DNA of 64,000 nucleotides from Camelus dromedarius (Eukaryota), in NCBI RefSeq assembly GCF_036321535.1, contig NC_087447.1, positions 49,540,001-49,604,000 on the forward strand, given 5' to 3'. The notes below the pieces were generated by a model, which saw nothing but the letters and a program-made list of their open reading frames with translations, did no database searches and was not told where the DNA came from. Positions 27,119 to 38,945 of this stretch are shown piece by piece. A program made the position numbers and the translations under genes. How positions within the stretch are numbered: position 1 is the first letter of the stretch; each line of letters opens with the position of its first letter.

Positions 27119-27829
27119 GCTCTGGAGTGTGTATTGCATACTAGGTACTGGTCTAGGCATTTTACTCTTCTGAAAAAATACTGTGGTAAAATAGACATAG
27201 CATAAAATGTACATTTTAACCATGTTAACATGTACAGTTCTGTGCATTAAGCACATCCACATTTCCATCTCTGCAGCAAGCCCCAGCAGCCACCAGGTCA
27301 CCCTGGCCAGCTTCGGGGTTGTCCTAGACTTTACTCCCCAAAGCCAGTCAGTCACGGAACTCAGAGAGGGGAATTCTAGAGCTATTGGCATTCCCAGGCT
27401 TCTAACTCTGGAGTTTCTGTCTCTCAAACATTGTAACATCTTTTCAACCACTCTCTGACCCTATGGCTCCCATAATCACCGCGCCAGGCTGGGCCCCATC
27501 ATCTCAGCCTCCTCACCACTCTCCCTACCTCCTCTCCCGCCCTCTCCAGCTCACCTCCCACTCCTTCTAACTCCGATCTGACCACACCAGTCCCTTGATT
27601 AAAACTCTTCAGTGGATCCTCATTCTCCCCGACTCCCAGCAGCACCTGCTGGGCCCTCTACATGGAATGCCTTTTTCCTTGGCCAACCTGGAAGTCCCAG
27701 CTCCAGTTTCTCCTCCTCTAGGGAGCTTCCCTCAGATTGTGAGGTAGGTCTGCCATCTGTGAGTGGAGAGAGGGTAGGAAGAATTTGCAGGGCAGCTCTG
27801 AGAGTCCTGCCAGGGCAAAGGCCCTAGGG

Positions 27830-28450
27830 TGGGATGTACCTGGTCTTTCCAAGCCCGGAGGCCAATGTGTTGGGTAGAGGGAGTGATGAGGGTAACGGGG
27901 ATGGAGGGAGGTAAAAGATGGTCTACAAGGTCACAGAGATCAGGTCACAAAGGGTCTAGAGCCCACGGTGAGGAATTTGACTTTTCCTCCAACTGAAATG
28001 GAAAAGCACTGGAGATTTCTAAGCAGAGAGGTGTCACCATTTGCTTTGTGAGTTGAATACACCAAGGGGGAAAGGATAGGAGCAGGGAGGGCAGAATGTG
28101 GCCTCAGATGAGAGGCAATGGTGGCTCTGATCAGGGTGACAGCAGGGGCAGTGGAGAGGTAATCAGATTCTGGGGTGTCTTTGGGAGGCAGAGACCCAGG
28201 ATTTTCTGATGAATTAAATGTAGGTTGTGAGAGAAAGAAAGGAGTCAAGAATGACCCCAAGTTTTTGGCCTGAACACCTAGATGGATGGTGTTGCTGTGA
28301 TCTGACACTGAGGAAGATGACAGCAGGAGCAGATTTGGGGGACAGATCAGAATTCGAGTTTGGACATGCTAATTTTCAGATGTTGCTTAGACATCCAAGT
28401 GGAGATGTCAGGCCTACAGTTGGCTATACAAGTCCAGAAACTCAGGAGCG
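27830..28450 (-). mobile_element. L2 fragment
   Basis: GGAGTCAAGAATGACCCCAAGTTTTTGGCCTGAAC...TTTGGACATGCTAATTTTCAGATG...AGACATCCAAGTGGAGATGTCA, typical of antisense L2. Confidence 0.75.
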
Positions 28451-28584
28451 GTTTCTCCTCTTCTCCTGATGTGGGAGCCTCAGAGCTCAATCTTTGGGCT
28501 TGTCTCTTCTCCCCTCAGAACCATTTCCATGTGAGTCTTATTCAATGGAAAGGCTTCAAATACTTTCTCTGTGCCAACAACTCA

Positions 28585-28818
28585 TAGATGTGATGGCTGG
28601 GGCTCTAGCTGCCATCTTGGTCTTTGAAGCTGCACCCTAGGGTTGGAGGAGCCATGAGCTGGAAGGAGGCTGAATCCCAGAGGACTTAACAAAGCAGAGC
28701 CCCCTTACCACCCTGGAACCGTCTATTTCCAGACTTTTCTGTGAGAGAGAAACAAACGCTCTTGTTTAAGCCAGAATGCTTCTGTTATTTACAGTTAAAC
28801 TGAATCCTGCAATGATAC
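28585..28818 (+). mobile_element. MaLR LTR fragment (MLT1J/K-like)
   Basis: GATGTGATGGCTGG...GCTGCCATCTTG...GTGAGAGAGAAACAAAC...TGTTTAAGCC motifs. Confidence 0.7.
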
Positions 28819-30469
28819 CTCCTGTTGGCTGCATTATCTCATGTTCATCCCCTCAACAGCCCTGGTAGAGTGGATTTTACCCACCTCACTTTAGAGAAGA
28901 GGAAAGGGGCGCCAGGATTTTAGGCAGGTGGCCAGTGTAAGGCTGAAGTGGGCACTCTGACTCCTGGCCCTGCTCTCTCCACCAGCCCCTGGGGTCACTC
29001 CTAGGCTGACCTCCCTGTGTGCACTAACGCCATCTGGGTTTCCCAGGGTCCTTCATCCAGGGCTCAGAAGCATCTAATGAGCAGGAGGAGCAGTCTGGGG
29101 CTCAGAGCTGTGGCAGGGTGATAACTGCCGCAGTTTGCCCTGGACTGTTAGCACTGAGAGTCCCATATCCCTCGGTCATGGGCAAACCCAGACAGGTGGT
29201 CACCCTAGAGCTTGGGTTCCAGCCAGGACCCATCACTGCCCCTGTGGGCACCCAGACCCTGAGCCATTACAACCTGCCCCTTTCCAGGCACATATTCCCC
29301 CCCCCAATCCCTGAGCCCTGGGAGCTTCCTGAGCTGGGGCCGTGGCTGGGAGCCCCCGGGGTCTGGCTGGGGGCTGGAGCAGGGGTTAAGGGATTAAGGA
29401 GATGAGGCTCATGCATACTGGCAAGAAATAACAGCCCAAATTACATCTGGACTTGACTGTGCACTGTCCTCAGAGGTTAGCAGCCCCCACACCTACCGTG
29501 ACCTTCCCTGACCCCCTGACTCTCTGCATATGCTGTGACCCACCAAGAAAGCCGAGTCCCAGCCTGCTGTGGTCTGGGGCAGTCAGGCTGCCCTGAGGGT
29601 GCCCTTTCAGCCCTGCCTCCATCCAGCACCCATCACGCAGGGATGAGCCCTGACTCAGCAGAGCACAAGGGGGCTCTGCACCCAGAAGGACGCATGTCAG
29701 ATCCTGGCTCTCCTGCCTTCTACCCTTGTGAATGTGGCCAGTGATTTCACCTTTTGAGCCTCAGTTTTCTCATCTGTGCAACAGGGATAACAGTATCTAC
29801 CACTTTAGGCTGTGGAGGGGTTAATGAGATAATGCCCCGTGAAGCTTGGCACAGAGCCAGGCACACAGCTAAGGCCCGTCAAGGTTGTCATCATGGCTGC
29901 TGTTGTATTACCACCCCTCTGGGCCAGGCAGCCTTTGTGCTGGAGGCCAGGGCCCCAGTGATAAGCCAGCAGCCATCTGGGAGTCCCCAGGGAAATCACA
30001 GTCTGACGGGGACATGGGACACAAGGCAGTTCTCAAAAATAAAATAACGGTTCAAATGGAGGAGGGAACAAGGTGTGGTGGGAGCATCAGGGAGGAGAAG
30101 CGTCTCAATATGGACTGTGGGGCAGTCAGGGAGGTCATCCTGGGGGAGGCAGAGCTTGAGTGGAGGCTGGCAGAGGAGCAGATCTTTGCCAGGCAGATCC
30201 AGGCAATGAAGGAGCCTCTTGGGACTCTCTACAGTCTAGGGTTCTCTTTTCCTATTGATACAGGTGGGGTGGGAACCAGGCTTGTCAGGCTGGCTGGCAT
30301 CTCTGCACAGGTTCCAGAAGCTTCAGACAAGAAGGCCCTAGCACCCCACATCCTAAATGGAGTGTCAGACCATCCTGAAGTGCCAGCAGAGGGTGTGCTC
30401 CCAGACCTGTCCTGCCAGGCTCCACTCATCACCCATCCGTGTTAAATGGGTTTTTTTTAAGAGATAGAA

Positions 30470-30820
30470 AAGTACCAAATGTTATCACTTATATGTAGAA
30501 ACTTAAAAAAAGACACAATTGAACTTACCTACAAAACAGAAAAAGACTCACAGGCATAGAAAGCAAATTTATGGTTACCAGGGGAAGGAGGTGGGAAAGG
30601 ATAAATTGGGAGTTCAAGATTTGCAGATACTAACTACTATATATAAAATAGATAAACAACAAGTTTATACTGTATAGCACAGGGAACTATATTCAATATC
30701 TTGTAGTCATTTGTGGTGAAAAAAGAATATGAAAATGAATATTTGTATGTTCATGTATGATTGAAGCATTATGTTGTGCATCAGAAGTTAACACATTTGT
30801 AAACTGACTATACTTCAATT
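30470..30820 (+). mobile_element. LINE-1 3' UTR fragment, same family as the 22 kb copy
   Basis: Clear similarity to 22500-22845, for example the shared TTTGCAGATACTAACTACTATATATA and TATAGCACAGGGAACTATA. Confidence 0.92.
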
Positions 30821-30841
30821 AGGAAGAAAGAAAGAAAGAAA

Positions 30842-30904
<63 letters not shown>

Positions 30905-31021
30905 GAAGGAAGGAAGGAAGGAAGGAAGGAAGGAAGGAAGGAAGGAAGGAAGAAGGAAGGAAGGAAGGAAGGAAGGAAGGAAGGAAGGAAGGAAGGAAGG
31001 AAGGAAGGAAGGAAGAAAGAG
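30821..31021 (+). repeat. Compound (AAAG)n(AAGG)n microsatellite derived from the L1 tail
   Basis: About 200 nt of only A and G immediately after the L1 3' end. Confidence 0.98.
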
Positions 31022-31142
31022 TCACCCTGCTCTGTTTCCCCTCCTTCCTTTAAGTGACGAGGGCCTGTGTCCAAAAATTATTAAGAATTTCAAGATAGTG
31101 AGACCAGAGCAACAAACTGAGAGTAGAGTCTTTTTACTTATA

Positions 31143-31385
31143 GCTGCCAGATTTAGAAGAAAAAAAAAATAGGGCACCCAGTTAAAGCTGAGTTTCAGAT
31201 GACCAATGAATAATTTTTAATATAAATGTGTCTGGTGCAATATTTGCTATAAAAGTCTTTTGTTTACCCCAAATTCTAGATTTTTATTACAAATATTCCA
31301 CCAGACACATATATACTAAAAACTACTCGGTGTTCATCCGAAATTCAGTTTTAACTGGGAGTCCAGTACTTTAACTGGCAACCCT
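31143..31385. mobile_element. MER53-like palindromic hAT MITE
   Basis: Termini TGCCAGATTTAG and CTGGCAACCCT, with inverted inner arms CCCAGTTAAA / TTTAACTGGG. Confidence 0.75.
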
Positions 31386-31434
31386 ACCAGGCTGTACCCT
31401 GCCGTCTCCTCCATTACCTGGGGCTCCTAGGAGA

Positions 31435-31605
31435 AGGGGTCTCAAACTTCAGGCTGCATCAGAATCTCCAGGAGGGCTCCTTAAACAGATTGCTTGGCCC
31501 AACCCCCAGAGTTTCTCACTTGCAGGTCTGGAGTGGAGCCCAAGAATTTCATTTCTAACAAGTCCCAGGATGACGCTGATGCTGTTGGGCCTTGAGAACC
31601 ACTGT
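31435..31605 (+). mobile_element. MER5A-like hAT-Charlie MITE
   Basis: TCTCAAACTT...TGCATCAGAATC...CATTTCTAACAAGTCCCAGG...TTGAGAACCACTG. Confidence 0.8.
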
Positions 31606-33109
31606 TCAAGGGTCCATTACCCTTGTGAAGCCCATGAAGAGGACACAGAAAAGTTCAGTGACCCAAAATGACCACCAGAGAGCAGAAGTACCCACTACTC
31701 AGGCCTCAGGCAGAGCCCACTGTCCTGGGGCTGAGCTTAGACCTCTGCTGAGCATTTGTTCTGGGCCTGACCATGTCCTGGCTGTGATGAAAATGTGGGT
31801 CAGACTTAATGCCTGCCCTTGAGGAGCTCAGGGTCTGGTCAGGGAGTCAGAGGTGTTACCTGACAATTACAATTGGTGCTGAAGAGGTGGGAAGCACTGG
31901 CTGGGGTGGGGAGGCTGTGGGAGCCCAGAGAAGGCTGTGGGTACTCAGGCAGGCTTCCTGGAGGAGCTGGTGGCATGAGTAGAAGTCACTCAGGCAGGGA
32001 GAAGAGGAGGAGGGGCACTCTGGGCATAGGGATCCATGACTACAAGGACATGCAGGCTGGGAAGTGTCAGGTGTTCTCTGGGAGTAGTGCAGGGGCAGGA
32101 AAGATAATTAGTGGGGGAACACCTGGCAAGGGTGGCAGGGCCTGCCTGGGTCCTGAGGGAGGTCTCAGGGAGCCCCAGGAGGGTTTTAACTGATGGTTAG
32201 AATGATTTCCTGGCAACGGTGTGGAAGAGGAAAGAGCAGAGGTAGGGAAGCTAGTGCAGTCATCTAGGGAAGAGGTGATCAGACGAAGTAAGAATGGCAA
32301 ATCTCATTCATTCATTCATTCATTCATTCATTCATCCATTACACACATTTATGGAACAACTTCTCTGAGCCAAGCTTTGGGCTGGGTGCTAGGACTCGGT
32401 GGCCATCTCAGAGAGCTTACAATCTAACAGGAAAGGCCACCAACCAACAGCCCATGGCTCAATTAGCCAGCCAGTGACAGTTGTGGTCCTTGAGGGATCA
32501 GTCCAAGGGATGCTAAAGAAGCCAAATGGCAGGGTCTGGGCAGAGGTGGGGGATGGGCAGTATCTCCCAGGGGAGCCTATGACCTGGGTATCCTGACCCA
32601 GCAAGCACAGATGCCTCATTCAGGCAGACCTTGGCACCCTCCCCACTGCAGCCCTGAGCTAACAATATGGCCATTGAAGGCTGCTGCCATGGCTTGAGGT
32701 CCAGGCCTTCCTGCTCCCATCCTCCCTCAGCCACACAATCCTGGCCTTTAGCAGGGAAGAAAGAGCAGGATTATATGCAGGTACCAGGGGCTGGGCCCAC
32801 TCCTTGACCAGTTTAAGCCTGGCCCCCAGTTCCAGGTGGGCACCTGGGCTGTCACCTTCCTCAAACATCCAGGGCTCCTGGTTCTAAGCATTTGAAGGGT
32901 CAGGTAACTAGAAGCAAGGGGAGGGACCTTAAGTGCCAAAAAGATGCCCTCTAGGGGCTGTCCTGGCTGCTCAGGGTTCCTGGAGCACACCTCATTCATT
33001 TACAGAAGTGACGTTGGCCTCAGGGATGAAGTGGATTACAATCAAGCTAACTGGAGCACTACTCTCTAGAAGGGTGGTCTTCTTGCTGTCCTGAGAACAC
33101 GCTAGTTCC

Positions 33110-33925
33110 TTCTAGCTTTGGAGCCTTTATATATACAGTTCCCTCTGCTTGAGGTGCTCTCCTCCACTCAGATTTCACAGGGTTGGCTTCCTTGACAGGC
33201 AGAATAGTGGCTCCCAAAGGCATCCATGTCCTAATCCCTGCATATGTTAATTTACATGGTCAAGGGGACTTTGCAGATATGATTAAATGATGGTTCTTGA
33301 GGTAAGGAGATTATCTGGTAGCCCTGTGTAACCACAAGGGTCCTTATAAGAGGGAGGAGGGGATGGAGGTTAGAGAAACAGATGTGATGACAAAAGCAGA
33401 GGTCAGAGAGAGGGGCAGCTATGAAGATGCTACGGTGACGGCTTTGAAGATGGTGGATGGGGCCACGAGTCAAGGTGTGCAGGCAGCCCCTAGAAACTGG
33501 AAAGGGCAAGGAAACAGACTTGCCCAGAGCCTCCAGTTGGAACGCAGCCCTGCTGACCCATTTTAGTCTCCTGACATCCATAACTATAAGAGGATACATT
33601 TTTACTGTTTTAAGGCACTAAGTTTATGGTAATTTGTTGAATCGGCAATAGGGAACTAATATAGCTTCTCATTATTCAGGTCTCAGGCTCCCCATCGGCC
33701 ACCCTGTAAAGGAGTCATCTCCCCAGCTCCAGTCACCTGTTTTTGTTTCTTCGTAGTGCCTACCGTTATCTGGAGTTATCCTACCTGCTGCTTAGTGTAA
33801 CGCCTGTCTCCTCCATCCACATGCAAGGCCTCTTGAAAAGTGAAGGTCTTGTTCTGTTCCCTCCTATGTCCCTGAACCAGAACAGTGCCTGGTACATAGT
33901 GGGCCCTTGATAAATACTGGTTGCA
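33110..33925 (+). mobile_element. L2 3' end split by the MLT1D-like LTR
   Basis: L2-like flanks, ending AGAACAGTGCCTGGTACATAGTGGGCCCTTGATAAATAC. Confidence 0.65.
33191..33663 (+). mobile_element. MaLR solo LTR (MLT1D-like) inserted in an L2
   Basis: GGCAGAATAGTGG...GGGACTTTGCAGATATGATTAA...GGGTCCTTATAAGAGGGAGG...GGAACTAATA. 5-bp TSD gcttc at 33186-33190 and 33664-33668. Confidence 0.85.
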
Positions 33926-34484
33926 TAAAAGGAGGAGTAAATAGAAGGGTGATGTATGATCTCCCTCCTGTGCACACTGAGGGCAAGGAAAGGGGGAAGC
34001 TGTGGCTGGCTGGGGGAGGTCCCCAAGGCTGTGAGAAGGCAGAGGGGGTCTCGGGACTCTGAGGATGGAGGGAGAGAGGCACTGAGGGGCAGGGAGCAGA
34101 TCCCTGTATGCCTGTGGGAGCTGCAGTGGCATCTAACACAGAACTGGTGGTGCGCGGACTTTCCAGTTTACAGGGCTCTCCACTTTCAAACTCAGCACCC
34201 CCCTGTTCTTTTTCTTTTGTCCCTCTGAACAACCTGAAAGACAGGCTATTAAAAAGAACCGTTGTTCTCACTTTGCAGACGGGGGCACTGAGGCTCTAGA
34301 CAGTGATTTGAGAGTGGGAAGACATCTCGGTGCATCTCAGGCAAGGACTCATGGGGTCTGGGAGGTCCTGAGGCTCGCCTGCTTCCCTAAGCCTTCCCAG
34401 TCCTACTAGACATGCAAGCTTCCAGCTGCTGGACAGTCCTTCTGTCCATCTGCCTGGGATGCCATTCCTCACCTCGCTTTCTCT

Positions 34485-34712
34485 CAGGGCTGGGACTAGG
34501 GTGAGGCAAGTGAGGCATTTACTTTGGGTACAAGTTAAAAGGGGCACCCCAACCTCAATAATCAAAAGAAATAACCCTTTCATGCAATGTTTATAAAAAT
34601 TGAAGTAAATGCAAAAAAAAAAAATCCAGGAGGAACAAAATGTCAACATTCTAAATAAACACACTTTTTTTTCTCTTTTGGCTCAGGCTCCAACATGGCT
34701 TAATACAGTATT
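34485..34712 (+). mobile_element. MER96B-like hAT-Tip100 element
   Basis: CAGGGCTGGGACTAGGGTGAGGCAAGTGAGGCA...GAACAAAATGTCAACATTCTAAATAAA. Confidence 0.7.
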
Positions 34713-34729
34713 GTTTTCTCCATCTTGTC

Positions 34730-34856
34730 CAGGGATGGCTACATGATGCCTGGGGCCCCTTCTGCAAAAATTATCCTGAATTTCAAGATAGCAACAGCAG
34801 AACATCTAACCAAGTGCGGGGCACTATCAGAACAAGCAGGTCGTACGTTGGCCCTG
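34730..34856 (-). mobile_element. MER45A-like hAT-Tip100 element (a related fragment lies at about 31060-31130)
   Basis: CAGGG...CCCTG termini, with the core AAAAATTAT..GAATTTCAAGATAG also seen at 31073-31097. Confidence 0.65.
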
Positions 34857-37800
34857 ATTCTGCCTTTATTTAAAATGTTGATATGTTGTTCATCATCAAT
34901 TTTTTTACATTGATTTTGATTTTTTAAAATATTGCATGAAAATGTTACTTGTCTTCACCACTGTGGGTTTTGGTGTTTTCATTAATTGTGTACCTGTGGA
35001 GAGCACCTCACTTTCCTCACCAAGGCAACTCTGCTTGCTGTGAGTTCCTTCTCCACCCCAGGCAGCCTCCTCCAGGAAGCCTCCCCTGCCCCCATTCCTG
35101 TGTGGGTTCTGGAAACCCTCTGTCTTCTCCCCTGTCACAGCCTTGTGCACTCTGTGTGAGCTCTGTTGCTTACAGACACGGGGCAGATTTGGGTTGTTTC
35201 TGTGTTCTCAGCACAGGGCCTGGCTCAAAATAGTTGCTCAGGAAAAATTGGCTTTGAGTGAAAATGAGTGGCCTGCCAGTGTTTGGAATTCTATGTCAAC
35301 ATGATGCCTTTGTCGAGTCTTTCTGTCTCGAGAAGGGCCTTGGTAAAACCCCTGTGGGGGTAACCCTGTAGCAAGAATCCATCTCTGGAAATGCTCAGCG
35401 GTGGCAAAGCCAGCTCTGTGGGCATGGGGCCAGCTCGTTCCCCGCACACCTCCCCTGGGACACTGCAGCAGACCCAGGGGACAGGGCAGACTTCTGGCAG
35501 GACGCGGGGATGGGCCAGTGCTGTGGGCGTGGATGAAGGCAGAGAGGGCCCACTGTCAGGATTTTGGTATCAAGGTAGCCTCATCTCTACTCTGTGCTGC
35601 CCTGGCCCATGGCCTGTCACTGACCCATCGCTCACTGCACAAGCCACGCTGAGCTCCGTTTCTGGGCCGAGCTCCATGCTGGGTGACTCCTAGACTCAGG
35701 GACTCACAGTGTTATTTCCATAACCAGGCTTCCTGCCTTGTTCCTGGGACCAGGTTTGTCTAGATTTGCAGCTAAGATTCTTTCTGGCACTCAGTTCCAC
35801 TCCTGCCAGTCTTCCAGGGCTAGAACCCTGTGTCAGGGAGCTCGAGGAAGCTGCCCATGGGTCCCTGAGCCTCAGCCCATGGTGATCCCTTTAGATCGCC
35901 AACTATTTCCTGGGACTCTGTCCCCGCTGGCTACCCCTTGTCCACATCCTCCTTCTTCATGGCCTTGACACTGGGGCCTAGGCAGGGTTAACAAAGAATC
36001 AACTTATAGGCAGTGCCCAAGATGGGGACAACTCTGAGTCCTGGGCATCAGTGATGCCAGTGTGAGCCTCTCCAGTTGGCTGCAGCAGACAGAACCCCAG
36101 ACCCCAAGCAGGGAAACCTGGCTTCAAATCCAGGCGCCATCATTCCTGGGCTGTTTGAGGCTCAATTTCCTCATCTGTGAATTGGGAATTAAAATGCCTG
36201 CCTCACAGCAGGGTTACAGAGTTAACAGAGAATGTGAAAGCTCCCAGCACATAGTGGGCATCCATATATGCCAGGTCCCTTTCTCCTGTGTTTAGTTTGG
36301 GAGCCCAGACTAGTCAGCTGTGCCCCTGATGATCCCCTTCCTCCTCCCAACTTGAGTTCTTTTTTGTGACTCTCTGTCCCAGCGAAAGAAATGGGGAAAC
36401 TGAAGCTCAGAGGGATGGGGGCAGGGTAGTTGCTCGAAGTCATATACGGAGTCAGAGGCTGAGCACAGATGGAGCCCAGGACCTGGCTCTCGGTCTGGGC
36501 TCTGCAGGTGCGCAGTTCTTCCCCTCACATCTCCCCATCTGGCCTTGGGAATGCTGAGCCTGAGAAGGACTGCTGTATCGGCAGCACCCTGCACAGAGCT
36601 GAGGGCTCCGGGTGCTTCCATGAAAGGCGTGTTTCCCTCCTGAGTCAGAGCAGACCCAGAAAAGACTGCTCCAGCCTGCCCTGAGAGCCAGTCCCTCCTC
36701 CCCGCTGGAACCTCTGGGCAGTGGCCAGCACAGCTGCATCCTCTCAGCAGGGCCTGCAATGATAGGCCCACGTTGCATCAGCTCAGCCTGTCCCTGGGCC
36801 GGCTCCAGCCTGCCAGCCAATGGGGCTGGGCCCAGTGTACAGATGCCGGCACTGACCCACCCACCCGCCACGGAATCACCACGCGGCCTGGGCCTCCCTC
36901 AGCATTCTCAGCAAGGGAGGAGGGATGGAGGGCACTGGGGCTCCATTGCATCCAGCATGGCCTTCCTCCCTCTGCTCCTGCCCCTCCACGCCGCTCCCTA
37001 ACAGGCCCTGCCAGCTCCTCCTCCTAGATTCGCCCTCCTGGAGGGGGCAGAGGTTTCCCCCTCCACCCGGCATGGGCCTGTTTCTCCCCAGCCTCTGTTC
37101 TTCTCACCCTCCGTACCTGCTCTTACCCACACGGTCCATTCCATGGCATGCATTACTCTCCTGTGCCTTGACTCCCAAACTGTCCTCTTCAGCCTGGCCT
37201 CCTGCCCCGAGGGCCAGACTCATGGATGCTGCAGCCTCCCAGCTACTCCAATCTACCGACAATGGAGCTCACCGCCTGCCCCTAGAGTCTCCATCTCAGA
37301 GAGGGGACTGTGTGCCACCCGTTTACCCAGGCCAGACCCTCAAGAGTCCTCTTTCCTCCTTCTCCTTAGCCCTCCATGCCCCAGTCCACTGCTGAGTCCT
37401 CTTAGCCCCATGGCCCCTGCCTGGGTCCAGGACCAGCATCTTGCTCTGGGTTATTGTTACATTCTCCTCTCTGGCCTCCCTCTGTCACTCTCCACTCAGC
37501 AGGCACAGAACTCCTTTCAAAACTCCAATGTGACCTTGTCACCTCCCTGCTAAACTGCCTTCAGGAGGGACCCCGAGCTCCTGCAAGACTGACCGGCCTG
37601 GCCATCTTCTTGGCCATCTTCTGCAGCTCTGCCCACACATAATTTTGTCCCCTCACATGGTGACCTTTGTCAGGTTTGCTTCCCATGAAATCCTGTCACA
37701 ATCCAGCCCATTTTAGCCTGAGATCTAAAACCTGTGGGGGTAGAAAATGTCAGGCCTGGCCAGATGGGCTCCAGCCCCAGCCTCCCCAGAGCTGCAGTGC

Positions 37801-38297
37801 GGGGGCCTGAGTCCCAGACCCCATCACGCCCAGGATTCCCCAGCCCCTTCTCAGACATGGACTGACAATGATAAACTGTGTTAATCCATTTAAGAGTATT
37901 TCCTTCTGGCCTTCTTCTATGAATAGTATACGTATCTCTCTACATCTTTAACTAATACATATTCATTGGGAAAAAAAACCCCTCCAAATAGTAGAAATGT
38001 TTTAAAAATTAGTTGGAAATCACCTAATAAGATTTGCCTTTTTGGTGAAATGTGAACACCTTCCCACACATCTGTGCCTGTGTGCATAGAATTTTAGTAC
38101 ACATGCTGCTTTATAAGCTGCTCCATTATAATACACCAATCCATCGTGCTACCTTGTTCTGCTTGAGGATTAAAATGGCTTCTGCCTTGACAGTGGCTGC
38201 CAATAGTCCTTCCCTTACTGACATCGCATCTAATTTTTGGTTCTTATAAATGAGACATAATAAACATACTTGTACGTGTATCTGTGCTTATATTTTA

Positions 38298-38438
38298 ATT
38301 TTTATTAATTTATTTTTATTTTGGGGGGAGGTAATTAGGTTTTTATTTATTTATCTTCAGTGAGGATACTGGGGATTGAACTCAGGACCTTGTGCATGCT
38401 AGGCACACACTCTGCCACTGAGCTATACCTTTCCCCCC
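38298..38438 (-). mobile_element. tRNA-derived SINE (camelid Vic-1-like)
   Basis: Same A/B-box head on the minus strand. Imperfect TSD cttatatttta (38287-38297) / cttacatttta (38442-38452). Confidence 0.88.
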
Positions 38439-38479
38439 ATACTTACATTTTAAAAAGTCATTTCCTTAGGCTAAATTCC

Positions 38480-38945
38480 TAAAAGAATATATTTTTTACC
38501 AAAAATAAATAATTTAAAATTTTTAAAATGTGTGAATAGGTAATGCATTCATATAGTCCCCAAATTCATACCAGATGAAAGGTAAGTCTCGCTCCTCCCC
38601 CTGTCAATCTCACATCCAGTCCTTCCCGGGCCAGCAAGGAATGTTACCAGTTTCTATCCACCTGCTGGGACAGTCTGTGCAGATCTAAGTAATACTCTCC
38701 TTCACTTCTCTCTCTAGTTCTGAGATCAAATCAATATCAGGACATAAAGAGCTTCCTCATTTTTTGCTTTTCCCAGCTTTGTGGTATTCCCAGCCCCTAC
38801 TGATGAACTCTTGGGTTGTTTCCAATTTTTGCGATTACAAACAGTGTTGCAGGAACTATTCAGCTCATATCTTTAGAGCTACCAGTGCAAAATGTCTTCC
38901 AGAAAGGATGTGCCCATTTCTCCTCCTGCCAACAGTGCAGATGAA
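38480..38945 (-). mobile_element. Old L1ME-like fragments
   Basis: GGGTTGTTTCCAATTTTTGCGATTACAAACAGTGTTGC-type antisense L1 motifs. Confidence 0.55.

Noticed and set aside
30808..31074. ORFs with SFLP/SFFL repeats
   Set aside because: They are translations of the (AAAG)/(AAGG) microsatellite.
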